NCBI GenBank assembly: GCA_003707115.1
Contig: PPNB01000006.1
Span: 186,001-250,000, forward strand
Direction: 5' to 3'
DNA: 64,000 bases
Source of the DNA: Tortispora ganteri
Lineage: Eukaryota
This document shows, piece by piece, positions 10,366-20,300 of this stretch. The notes below the pieces were generated by a model that was not told the origin of the DNA, ran no database searches, and worked only from the letters and a program-made list of their open reading frames with translations. How positions within the stretch are numbered: the stretch's first letter is position 1; each line of letters begins with the position of its first letter. A program made the position numbers and the translations under genes.

Positions 10366-11066
10366 AGTATGTGACTAGTTCGAGCTTGGGGGATGGAAAA
10401 ATCTGGGGTAGCAACTTGACTTTACTGCGTATTAGTTTCTGATCTGCAAGTATAATGGATTGAAATAAGAGAAAAACAAATAAATATAATATAATAATAA
10501 AATAATTGACTTTAATTATGCAAGTTTTACTATACAATTTAATGTAATGAATGATATGTGTAGATACAGTTGGCCTAATAGTAGTCATTCCTGATTCATA
10601 GCTACGTATTGCTATGGCTTAGATAATCTTTTCCTCTTGCTCCACACCACATTGATATTGAACAATCTTTTTTACACAAAAAAAATGCTAAAATTTAGAT
10701 AAAAAACATTTAAATATCAACAAATTAAAATAAATTTCAACAGACTATAAATATGCTTAGTGCTGCACCTATATCTCTGATAAGCAAAGATGTACGCTAA
10801 AAAGTCTATTTGAATTAAGGATTTAATCTAACCAATGAGAATAGCCTACTCATCCCAATGAGAATGCTTATAGGAAACACCTAGAGTGCATTTGATTAGA
10901 ATACTTCGTACCTGGCGATAACATCTCAGACCTATAGTAAGAGGTTTATGCTGTCAAAATCTAGTATTTGGATTTGATCTAGTTATTTTATATTAGACGA
11001 AGAAAGCTATAAATAATTTTATAAGCTGCTTATTGAATCGAGAAGTAACAAATTCTTGCAGTGGGA

Positions 11067-11978
11067 ATGTATTTAGTGGAACTATTGTGTGGCGTAGGCT
11101 TTCCAGTGCTAGCTACAGGGAGAGCAATTACCCAGTCTGATCAGAAAGTACAGAAAGGATGGCTTAAGTACTGGGTAGTTATTGGTCTTACGCAAGCTGT
11201 AGAATCTATAGCCTGGCCGATAGGACTAAAATGGGTGCCTCTATATTCCTTCGCGAAAGTTGGCTTCATTATATGGTTGTGGATTCCCCCTACGCAAGGT
11301 GCAATTAGGCTCTACGATGACCACGTGGAACCTCACTTAGCTGAAGTAGAAGGAATGATTGGAAAGTTTACATATAAAATTACCGATTTCTTATTGCGCA
11401 TCGCACAGTCCTCTTCTAGTATTGGTTACCCCGTTCGCGTCCTGTTGGACTACTTGGACATACAGTACGATGACAGCAAAGACAAAGATCCTGGTACCGC
11501 ATCTACAAACGAATTTGATCCGATGTATCAGAAAATGGCGCGATTCATTTTTGGTGCTAATCCAAACGATAATGGGTCCGGAATGGAGCGATTAGTGTCA
11601 CCTATTACGTCGCTCTGGACTGTTGATCCTACCGCAGAAGCCCAAAAGCGGCCAGAGCTAAGAATTACTACTGACAGAATCCTCAAAGGTCATTATCGCC
11701 TTGTTCCGCCTTACATTCGCGATCCAGAACAGCGTAGAGCATACGCTGAGTCAGAGAAACTGAAGCTAAACGCCCTGATCTCAGCTCTTGAGAGGGAGGA
11801 GTTGGACTCTACGCTAGACGATACAACTAATAACAATTCTGAGGTTTCTTTGTCCTCTGCATTGTTTGGTTCATTTGATTTTGTTCGCAGGGAAGAAGTG
11901 CTTGTTGAAAACGACAATACCAGTAATGTCAAGCAACGACGCGGATGGGGTCTTTCTAAACGTGTTGTGTCTGAATAA
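11067..11978 (+). CDS. TB2/DP1/HVA22 (REEP) family ER-shaping protein with a long C-terminal tail; REEP1-4/Atg40-like
   Basis: GFPVLATGRA...WLKYWVV...WVPLYSFAKVGFIIWLWIPPTQGA..LY...VEP. The start is uncertain: first ATG 11067, but a possible acceptor (TAAC...CAG) at 11061 may imply an upstream exon. Confidence 0.8.
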   Translation: MYLVELLCGVGFPVLATGRAITQSDQKVQKGWLKYWVVIGLTQAVESIAWPIGLKWVPLYSFAKVGFIIWLWIPPTQGAIRLYDDHVEPHLAEVEGMIGKFTYKITDFLLRIAQSSSSIGYPVRVLLDYLDIQYDDSKDKDPGTASTNEFDPMYQKMARFIFGANPNDNGSGMERLVSPITSLWTVDPTAEAQKRPELRITTDRILKGHYRLVPPYIRDPEQRRAYAESEKLKLNALISALEREELDSTLDDTTNNNSEVSLSSALFGSFDFVRREEVLVENDNTSNVKQRRGWGLSKRVVSE

Positions 11979-12085
11979 CTTTAAATGCAGGCGAGAGTCA
12001 AGTTTTGAATATTTTGAGACGGTTATAGGGATCAGAAGGTATGATATTTTGTCTATGTACATGTGTAGATCAAGAAATGAATTGG

Positions 12086-12823
12086 CTAGAATTTGGCAAG
12101 CTGGTAAGGATAATCCCAGGTGGAGTCCTTTCGTCTCCAAAGCTTTGCCTTCCGTTTAGTAACCATATGTTCCACAAATTCCTGGACACAATATTTGGAT
12201 TTAAATGAACGAATAAATCGAGGGTCCCAGAGTTCAGAGGCAACACCTAGATCCTTGCAGCATCTCATTAAGGCGTTACTTTTGCAGCCTTCAGTAGCAG
12301 TGGGAATTCCCTTAGGGTTGAAATAGTCTTGTTCACCCCTAGCGACAGAGACCAGCCTGCCGTGGCAAATTAAGGCATATTCGCGAGTGACAGTAGTTTC
12401 GGTTACAATAGTTTGACCACGAGGAGCCAGGCCCCATCCACCTGGACCGAAGGCGCGGTTGAGAATACGCCTGTATTTAATCTCAGGAAGGTACAGAATA
12501 CCATCTGGCTTGATCTCCACATCTTCAGGGTCGAGAGGTTCCAAAAGCACGCCAGCGGTTTCTGCAGCAAACGGTTCAGTACTGAGACCGTGAAACGAGG
12601 TGGACCAGTCAATCAGCGATCCGCTGGTTTCGGTAATTTCTATGGGTGACTCACCCAACACGTTGATGTTTTTGCTGTGTTTTTTTAGCACAGAATCTGC
12701 TGTAGAGGGCTCTTTAAGTTCATTTTTAGTTGCACCAGTAGATTTCGCCACAGTAGCTGCAGATCGAAATGCGAACCACAAAGGACGTGTACACACTCTT
12801 TTGGTTGTAATGAGTCTAAGCAT
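12086..12823 (-). CDS. MGM101: Mitochondrial genome maintenance protein Mgm101 (Rad52-type)
   Basis: [67 protein letters not shown]. An ACGCGT lies at 12853-12858 upstream. Confidence 0.97.
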   Translation of the reverse strand: MLRLITTKRVCTRPLWFAFRSAATVAKSTGATKNELKEPSTADSVLKKHSKNINVLGESPIEITETSGSLIDWSTSFHGLSTEPFAAETAGVLLEPLDPEDVEIKPDGILYLPEIKYRRILNRAFGPGGWGLAPRGQTIVTETTVTREYALICHGRLVSVARGEQDYFNPKGIPTATEGCKSNALMRCCKDLGVASELWDPRFIRSFKSKYCVQEFVEHMVTKRKAKLWRRKDSTWDYPYQLAKF

Positions 12824-13109
12824 GTGGATGTGGTTGGTTTATAATACAAGTTACGCGTTCAGATTATATCGCATGTAGTAAAGCCGGGTAACTTACACAG
12901 GTCTTTGGATGACCAGCACGATGAGAGACAATAGTATAGCTGTAGTTGCATTATATTTACAATTAATGGTGTACAGATAGGTAGACATGTAAACAAAAAG
13001 ACATGTCTATAATCACTGTGCATATGTGACAAAATAAAACCGCTAGCTGTACGCGGTTGTTCATTGTAGAGAGATACCCTAACAATTTATATCTTGCAGA
13101 TCGTATCTT

Positions 13110-13412
13110 TCACCTTTTCAAGGTCTTTTTAACCATAGAAGAGCCGCCGTTCTGTTTGAGATTGTTGCGATCCCAGCAATCCTTAAACGCCTGAACTTCA
13201 TTGGCGCATTTGCGCCAGTCTTTGTGATAGAAGTAACAATCTGTTAAGGTGTCGTTTTCTGCTATTATTGGAGTTAGTACAAGCGTACTATTTTGACCAC
13301 AATACGTTACCTTTACAGCCCGTGCTACTTATTCTCTTATCCCTGAAATCGTGTTAGTTATCCTCTATCAGATCAACATTGATCAAACTTACCAATCGTC
13401 TTCTTCATCCAT
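13110..13412 (-). CDS. COA4: Cytochrome c oxidase assembly factor Coa4 (twin CX9C). Three exons: 13412-13393, 13342-13311, 13261-13110.
   Basis: Spliced product MDEEDDWDKRISSTGCKAENDTLTDCYFYHKDWRKCANEVQAFKDCWDRNNLKQNGGSSMVKKTLKR. Introns are 13343-13392 (GTAAGT..ACTAAC..CAG) and 13262-13310 (GTAACG..TACTAAC..TAG). Confidence 0.9.
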
Positions 13413-13485
13413 TGTTGCCTGATTCCAAATTCAAGGTTTAGACGCACACTGGACATCTTTCCCCAACCAAACCCCACATAAGACC

Positions 13486-15474
13486 ATGAATGTTCTCGTA
13501 TACGCTGGAAAAGGATCTTCTCCAGAAGCAGTACGCCATGCATGTCATCAACTGCGATGGATTTTATCTCCATACTATGCAGTAACTACTGTCGATGCCG
13601 ATGCACTCATTAACCACCCATGGCCTGCCTACACAGCCTGCCTGGTGATGCCCGGCGGTGCAGACCTGCCCTACTGCGAAGCACTAAACGGCGAGGCTAA
13701 TCGCAAGATACTCAACTGGATTCGGTCTGGTGGCAAATACATTGGATTTTGCGCCGGTGGATACTACGGTTCTTCCCGTATCGAGTTTGAACTCGGAACG
13801 CCCCTCGCCATTCAAGGCTCCCGCGAACTCAAACTGTTTCCGGGTACTGCCCGCGGATGCGCCTATCCGGGATTTGTCTATGACTCTGAGTCTGGTGCAC
13901 GTGCTACTACTCTTCGCTATGATAATGGCGAAACAGCAACATACTACAATGGTGGTGGCCTATTTGTTGATGCCGATTCCGCTGAGAACACTACGGTCCT
14001 CGCCCGGTACACAGAGAAACCTCTCGCTGTCGATGGAGGTGACGCCGCTGTTATTAAATGTACTGTCGGTAAAGGTATTGCCCTATTAACTGGCGTGCAT
14101 CCTGAATTCTCAGCTGAGATACTCCGCAGACAGAACTCCTCAGATCCTAACCACCACCTATCTGATCCGGTGTTGAAGAAACTTCTCGACAACGACCAGT
14201 CCAGAATGCAATTTCTGCGCTATCTCGTTGGGCCCTATGGACTTAGACTCAAAGTTGCAGAGGATATAAAGGCACCTACACCTACACCGTTGTTTATAAG
14301 CTCAATCACTCCTCAGGTCATGGAAGAATTCGTCGCCACATGCGTCGAGCCGTTGGTAGACAAAGACGGATATTTCCAAGGACAAACAGATAAGTTTCAA
14401 TTCATTACTGCCGGTTCAGTAGAGTATACCAAGGCGCTTTCAGAAGCTATTGAGGACAAAGATCAAGATGATCCCAACAAGAAACTGAAGACTGCCGTGC
14501 TATACAGAGGCCCGAATGCCATTCCGGAACCCCTTGATACTCCGTTTTTTAATCACTCGGTTTTTTACCGGAATTTGGTGTCTAGTCATGAAAAACTTCA
14601 CTCTAATTCAATTCACATTGGCATTACACTTATGTATGCCGATGTCATCACATCTACTAATACTATCATGGACGGTAACTTTTCACTATTAAAGAAGTTG
14701 CCTCACGGATTCACTGCAACAGCAGCGCAGCAGGTAGCAGGAAAAGGGCGGGCCGGGAATATGTGGGTCTCTCCTCATGGGTCCTTGCCATTCTCTGTGT
14801 TTTTGAGACACCCTTACTCGCCATCCAATCCGTCTCCTTCAGTGATATTGATACAATACCTGGCAGCATTGGCTATCACTGAGGCAATTTGTTCTGGAGA
14901 TTACCAAGAGATGCCAGTGCGTATAAAATGGCCCAACGACTTGTATATCAAAAACCCCGAACACGAACTTGATAGTTCCAAGCCTGAGTATACGAAGATC
15001 TGTGGTATCCTTGTGAGTTCCAGTCTATATGAGGACGACTACTTGGTGGTAGTAGGATGCGGAATCAATTGCACGAACTATGCACCTACTACATCACTGA
15101 ATACGGTCTTGCACCAACTAGTGAATCCGGCGAGGAAAGCGCGAGGCCTGTCTGAGCTTCCTGAGTTTAATCGCGAAGGGCTTCTAGGACGGATATTGGC
15201 GCAATTCGAAGTGATGTATGATAAGTTCAAATATGAAGGATTTGCGCCATTTTTGGATAGGTATTACGGAAGATGGTTGCACCAGGACAAGATCATTAGA
15301 TTACAAGAAGAAAATGGAATGCCGTGCCGCATCAAGGGGATAGATTTAGAGTTCGGTATGCTTGAGGTTGCAGCCGTTGACGATTTTGGCCGTGAGACGG
15401 GACAGAAGTTTTCATTACAGCCTGATGGAAATTCGTTCGATATGCTGAATGGACTAATCAAAAGAAAGAAATGA
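13486..15474 (+). CDS. BPL1: Biotin-protein ligase / holocarboxylase synthetase
   Basis: N-terminal BPL_N domain (MNVLVYAG.G, MPGGADLPYC, GFCAGGYY). Catalytic QVAGKGRAGNMWVSP, IKWPNDLY, KICGIL and terminal LQPDGNSFDML.GLI. Confidence 0.97.
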   Translation: MNVLVYAGKGSSPEAVRHACHQLRWILSPYYAVTTVDADALINHPWPAYTACLVMPGGADLPYCEALNGEANRKILNWIRSGGKYIGFCAGGYYGSSRIEFELGTPLAIQGSRELKLFPGTARGCAYPGFVYDSESGARATTLRYDNGETATYYNGGGLFVDADSAENTTVLARYTEKPLAVDGGDAAVIKCTVGKGIALLTGVHPEFSAEILRRQNSSDPNHHLSDPVLKKLLDNDQSRMQFLRYLVGPYGLRLKVAEDIKAPTPTPLFISSITPQVMEEFVATCVEPLVDKDGYFQGQTDKFQFITAGSVEYTKALSEAIEDKDQDDPNKKLKTAVLYRGPNAIPEPLDTPFFNHSVFYRNLVSSHEKLHSNSIHIGITLMYADVITSTNTIMDGNFSLLKKLPHGFTATAAQQVAGKGRAGNMWVSPHGSLPFSVFLRHPYSPSNPSPSVILIQYLAALAITEAICSGDYQEMPVRIKWPNDLYIKNPEHELDSSKPEYTKICGILVSSSLYEDDYLVVVGCGINCTNYAPTTSLNTVLHQLVNPARKARGLSELPEFNREGLLGRILAQFEVMYDKFKYEGFAPFLDRYYGRWLHQDKIIRLQEENGMPCRIKGIDLEFGMLEVAAVDDFGRETGQKFSLQPDGNSFDMLNGLIKRKK

Positions 15475-15600
15475 ATAATCTAAACAATTTTAAGAAAGAT
15501 CATTGAGATTGTCAATAAGACAAGGTAAATTGATTCACTGACGGATGAATTGGGAGTTCTATCTGAAAGATAGAGTTTTTATGCCAAGGTTCTTTTAGAA

Positions 15601-15610
15601 CCGGATAAAT
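15601..15610 (+). promoter_or_regulatory. CCGGATAAAT motif (CGGNTAAW type) upstream of xylitol dehydrogenase
   Basis: The identical 10-mer occurs in the same gene-relative orientation upstream of the xylose reductase (21361-21370, minus strand). A near copy, CGGATGAAT, is at 15542-15550. Confidence 0.55.
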
Positions 15611-15720
15611 TCGACACTGTGGTGACTTTTTCTTTTAACATAATCGTAAAGGAACGCCACCTTTTTGAACAATTTGATCAAAAAGATTTACAATTAAGAT
15701 ACTTAAACTATTAGCTAAAT

Positions 15721-16770
15721 ATGCCGGAAAATCTCTCATTTGTGTTAGAGTCTGTGGGGAATGTGAAATTTGAAGACCGGCCGATACCAGTTCCTGGATT
15801 TAAGGAAGTGCTAATTGAGGTGGTAGTGACTGGTATATGCGGATCAGATGTTCATTATTATACACATGGAGCCATTGGTGACTATGTTATGAAGAAACCT
15901 ATGGTTTTAGGTCATGAATCTGCTGGAAAAGTGGTTAAACTTGGAGATTCAGTAACTAGTTTAACCGTGGGTGATCGCGTTGCACTAGAGCCAGGAGTTC
16001 CTGGGCGTTATTCCAAATGGACTAAGTCAGGCAAATATAATCTAGATGATGATATGAAGTTTGCAGCTACGCCGCCATATGATGGTACACTTTGCAAATA
16101 TTATGTGTTACCAGAAGATTTTTGTTACAAATTGACTGAATCCATGTCTTACGAACAAGGTGCTCTGATTGAGCCGCTGGCAGTGGGTGTACATGTGGCA
16201 AGGCAGGCATGCGTAAAACCCGGAGACAAGTGTGCTGTGTTTGGTGCTGGTCCGGTTGGATTGCTTATTGGACAGGTATGTAAGGCATTTAACTGCGGGT
16301 CTGATGTAACTATTGTTGATATATCGGATGCAAGGCTAGAGATGGCGGCGTCATTAGGATTGATTGCGATCAAAGCTGGGAAAACTCCAGAGGAGACTTC
16401 AGAGAAGATCATTGAATCATTGGGTGGACATCCACAGGCTGTAATGGAAGCATCTGGTGCATTACCTTCTATTAAAGCGGCGTGTCTGGTAGTCGAGAAG
16501 GGAGGCACGTACGTACAGGCGGGTATGGGTAATGACTTTATTGACGGGTTCCCGATATCACAAATTTGTATAAAGGAGGTTTCTTTAAAAGGTTCATTCC
16601 GCTATAGTGAGGGTGATTATTCTACGGCAATCCAACTAGTGGATAAAGGATTAGTGAATGTCAACAAGCTAATTACGAAGAAGTTCTCATTTGCAGAAGC
16701 TAAAGAAGCATTTGAATTTGTCAAAGCAGGTAAAGGTGTTAAAGTGCTTATTGACAATTCTACTTCTTAA
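15721..16770 (+). CDS. XYL2: NAD+-dependent xylitol (sorbitol) dehydrogenase, MDR family
   Basis: TGICGSDVHYY.HG.IG, PMVLGHESAG, GDRVALEPG, KFAATPPYDGTL, GALIEPLAVGVH, FGAGPVGLL, NAD-type Asp (VDI) and GSFRY. Confidence 0.9.
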   Translation: MPENLSFVLESVGNVKFEDRPIPVPGFKEVLIEVVVTGICGSDVHYYTHGAIGDYVMKKPMVLGHESAGKVVKLGDSVTSLTVGDRVALEPGVPGRYSKWTKSGKYNLDDDMKFAATPPYDGTLCKYYVLPEDFCYKLTESMSYEQGALIEPLAVGVHVARQACVKPGDKCAVFGAGPVGLLIGQVCKAFNCGSDVTIVDISDARLEMAASLGLIAIKAGKTPEETSEKIIESLGGHPQAVMEASGALPSIKAACLVVEKGGTYVQAGMGNDFIDGFPISQICIKEVSLKGSFRYSEGDYSTAIQLVDKGLVNVNKLITKKFSFAEAKEAFEFVKAGKGVKVLIDNSTS

Positions 16771-16971
16771 TTCTTAATTGTTTTATTTTATTATTATTAT
16801 TACAAATGGCTTGTTTTTTCATTTATTTATTGAAAAGATATCACTCTTTCTCTGTAACCGCTAAGAACCAAAGCAAAGCATCCTCTTTCCCCCACTCCCC
16901 GCCTTTTCCCCTTTCCCAGCTAAATCATACACACACCCAAAAGCCAGCGATTGGTATCTGCGAAATATAAC

Positions 16972-19158
16972 ATGACAAGTTTACCAGAAGCGGATAATAA
17001 AGCCATTGATTCGCGATCTCGCTCGAGATCTAGAAATGGATGTTGGACCTGTCGGTTACGAAAAAAGAAATGCGACGAAGAAAGACCAGTATGTAATCGC
17101 TGCTCGCTTCTCGATATAGCATGCTATGGGTTTTCTAATTCTGCACCATGGGGTAATGATCCGAGGAAAAAATCACAGGCATTAAATGATATAAAAATAA
17201 TGATTAAACAAGCTCAAGATAGGAAGAAAGAAAAGAATGATCTTACAAAGAAACATGAATCTTCTACCTCCAGTGTTTATACATCCTCAGCAATTCCACC
17301 AATAGCCTCTTCCTCATCCCATGGCCCAAGATCGATCGGCCCACCTAATTCCACAACAATACCTGGACTTTCTGAAGTTTTTTCTGACAATGGTACTTCA
17401 TCTGGCTCTAAAACTCTTCCACCTGTTTCTGAATCTTACAACAACATTAACAACAGCAGCAACACCTCCTCCACCAACATCGCTTCCCTCTCACCAGATT
17501 TCCTCTCCCCAACTGAAGTCCCTCTTTCTCCACGCCCTCTAAGCAACACCAAACAATCAACAACAAAGGACAAGCTGTCATACTTTGAAGGATCTGCAGT
17601 CGTTCTAGAGCATGCCACAATTTCACCTGCAGAACACACTCGCACTATCAGGTTCATAAGAGATAGAGAGTCCGCTCTCCTAATGCACTTTCTCGACACT
17701 CTGTTCCAGCTTCAATTCACCCTGTATACTCCCATGATTCGAGATGGTTCACGCGGCTGGCTCCTGATGATGCTTTTAAAGTCTAAACCCCTCTACAGTG
17801 CCAGTCTAGCCGCTGCTGCCTTGCATCAACAATACGTTCTTAGATCGGCCTCTATTGATATCTCACCGCATGTCACGCAAGAGCTAGAAAAGTATTATAC
17901 ATACTCTTTACAGGCTCTTCAAAGATGTATAAATATTACAATTTCTAAACAAAGCCAATCTTTCTTCAATACTGTTGAAACTCTCGCTTGCATTTGCCAA
18001 CTCGTCTCTCTTGAGGTAATTAACACCACGCGATCCACCAACTGGCAAATCCATGTCCGCGCTGGACTCGATTTATGTCGAGCAATTCGCTGGAAGTTTT
18101 GGTACGGCAGATTCAGCAGACCTGATGAGTTCAGTATCTCCGAAAATTTAAAAGAATCAACTGAAAAATCCGCTGTTCTGCCAAACCCTTACGAAGGTAC
18201 TCCTGAAATCTCACAGACAGACGAGCCAAGTCCTGCCTTGGAGTTTTTGGCTTTTGCATCCCCATTTACACAATCTGCAGAAATTTCGGCCGCTAATTTC
18301 TATTCTTGTATATTAATATGGCTTGACATATGTTCTGCTACAGTCTGTGCTACTATGCCGGCCGGTTTTAAATCATACCAATATCTTCTTTTGGAAGACG
18401 ATTCTATTGAAGACCCTCTTAGTCCTACAGCGACAAAGGCCTCTGCATCTTTAGGAAACATAATGGGCTGTTATAATCACGTTCTTTTATGCATAGCTGA
18501 AATCGCTATTATTCATTATCGTCTGAACAATCCTTACCTTGAATTGTCTCCTTTGAGCGGCTCCGACACTGTCTCCCCGGGCAATACCAACGAGGATATG
18601 TTTTCAGAGTTCAGAATACATGAACGACCTGACCCCCTATTTGCTCCTATTGAGGAGGTGATCAGCAGTGTGAAGGCACGACTGGCTGCATTCATTGAAA
18701 CTCATCAAGAAAACAGGCTTGACGCTAAAGCCGCAGCTTCTAGAATGCCGCCTCCGCAACTGCGAATCTTAAATGAACGCCATAGAATGGCTCAAAGAGC
18801 AGTTACCAGTTACACTTTTGCTTGTGCTGCTCTGGTTTACTTGTACACGGTTACGAATTCCGGAGATATTGGCGCTGCAGCAGACCAGACTGTGTTAGCA
18901 TTGCAAGATATCGACTCGCAAGACCTACTTTTGGGTCTGACATGGCCCATATGTGTTGCTGGAACGATGATGAATAGTAATTCTACGCTTCGGACTTCTT
19001 TCTTGAACATGATTGAGCCCTTGTCGGTACCAAATTTTGGCAACATGGGATCTACTATCCACATTGTTAAGGCCGCCTGGACACGGAGAGACCAGGGGTA
19101 TCCCTGCACTTGGCAGTCTGTCATGGATGAACTAAATATGCGCGTTCTTCTTGTTTGA
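16972..19158 (+). CDS. Zn(II)2Cys6 transcription factor with a C-terminal fungal-specific TF domain (Pro1/NosA-like zinc cluster)
   Basis: RSRNGCWTCRLRKKKCDEERPVCNRCSLLDIAC; later LMHFLD.LF.LQF, RGWLL, WQIH, IMGC.N, LTWPICVAG. First ATG is 16972. Confidence 0.92.
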   Translation: MTSLPEADNKAIDSRSRSRSRNGCWTCRLRKKKCDEERPVCNRCSLLDIACYGFSNSAPWGNDPRKKSQALNDIKIMIKQAQDRKKEKNDLTKKHESSTSSVYTSSAIPPIASSSSHGPRSIGPPNSTTIPGLSEVFSDNGTSSGSKTLPPVSESYNNINNSSNTSSTNIASLSPDFLSPTEVPLSPRPLSNTKQSTTKDKLSYFEGSAVVLEHATISPAEHTRTIRFIRDRESALLMHFLDTLFQLQFTLYTPMIRDGSRGWLLMMLLKSKPLYSASLAAAALHQQYVLRSASIDISPHVTQELEKYYTYSLQALQRCINITISKQSQSFFNTVETLACICQLVSLEVINTTRSTNWQIHVRAGLDLCRAIRWKFWYGRFSRPDEFSISENLKESTEKSAVLPNPYEGTPEISQTDEPSPALEFLAFASPFTQSAEISAANFYSCILIWLDICSATVCATMPAGFKSYQYLLLEDDSIEDPLSPTATKASASLGNIMGCYNHVLLCIAEIAIIHYRLNNPYLELSPLSGSDTVSPGNTNEDMFSEFRIHERPDPLFAPIEEVISSVKARLAAFIETHQENRLDAKAAASRMPPPQLRILNERHRMAQRAVTSYTFACAALVYLYTVTNSGDIGAAADQTVLALQDIDSQDLLLGLTWPICVAGTMMNSNSTLRTSFLNMIEPLSVPNFGNMGSTIHIVKAAWTRRDQGYPCTWQSVMDELNMRVLLV

Positions 19159-19265
19159 CCGTCTATTGGAACGAAGGGTAAGAAGTAGGCGCAACATATT
19201 CGCAGCGCGAATATGTTGCACACTAAATGTCATTATAATCTATTGATACCAATATAACCATGCCA

Positions 19266-20045
19266 TCAGCACGAGCATATAGAGCCCTTTACCGACATAA
19301 TCGACACGCTTCGTCCATCCCATATTGGGCGATCGCCGTATTGAACGCCGCTGCCAGAATCTTCAGGGTCTAAAGAGCCGAGTTCTATTTTTGTGAGGAT
19401 CATGGAAGCCAAACGGACGAAGGCGTCTTCGACGTTAAGGCCAGATTGCGCAGATGTCTGTATGACAGGTATATCAGGGTGTCTAGAACTGAACGCTTCT
19501 AGTTGCGCGTAGGTAATGGGCTGATTAGGCTGGATGACGGAGTAGGGCGAAGAGTAGTTGGGCTGAGCTGAAGAGAGTAGGTCTGTCTTGTTGACAGCTA
19601 GAACTATAGATACTGTGTTATTTGTGAGATTTTTCACATCAACTAGGAAATCCTCTAACGGCGGAAGAGATGCCTGATCCGAGCTATCGGCAACAAGAAG
19701 CACGCCAGCAGATGCACGATAATAAGAGCGCGTGATTGATCTGAATCTTTCCTGACCAGCAGTATCCCAGAGTTGCAGTTTCATACGTTTCACCATGCTT
19801 CTATTTGCACCTCGTGGTCCCGAACGTGAATCTGAGATTTTTAGTAGCCGAGAAGTGAATTCCACACCTACAGTATGAGAAGTCGCGGGTCTAAACTCGC
19901 CTCTAGTGAACCTATGCAATAAACATGATTTTCCCGCTCCAGAGGGTCCCAGTAAGATAATTTTCGCAAGATAATCGTATGTTAGATAGTCAAGTTCCTG
20001 ATCAGATGATTCTATAGTCTTTGAAGACGATTTTCTCCGTCTCAT
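19266..20045 (-). CDS. Rab GTPase, Rab4/Ypt4-like
   Basis: YDYLAKIILLGPSGAGKSCLLHRF, HTVGVEFTS, LQLWDTAGQERFRSITRSYYR, NKTD, TSA, ILTKIELG.LDPED..SGVQYGD and a C-terminal CXC (CSC). Confidence 0.9.
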   Translation of the reverse strand: MRRRKSSSKTIESSDQELDYLTYDYLAKIILLGPSGAGKSCLLHRFTRGEFRPATSHTVGVEFTSRLLKISDSRSGPRGANRSMVKRMKLQLWDTAGQERFRSITRSYYRASAGVLLVADSSDQASLPPLEDFLVDVKNLTNNTVSIVLAVNKTDLLSSAQPNYSSPYSVIQPNQPITYAQLEAFSSRHPDIPVIQTSAQSGLNVEDAFVRLASMILTKIELGSLDPEDSGSGVQYGDRPIWDGRSVSIMSVKGSICSC

Positions 20046-20300
20046 TGTGGGTAAAACTGGTCAACCAATGATGAACAGGGCTAGGCTACCATGTTTCTTT
20101 GGGTCTTGGTCGGTGGAGAACACTTTACGAGAGATGTCACGTGCCTATACAGGAACCAATGGTTTATATATTTTGTCTGTATACATGATTTAAACTCAAC
20201 TTCAGAGCGGGATTGATAGAAGATATATAAAATTGTTTTTTATATTTTGAATGGCTCGTCCAGTTCGTAAAATGAGCTAGCAGATTCTCGTTTGATCATT

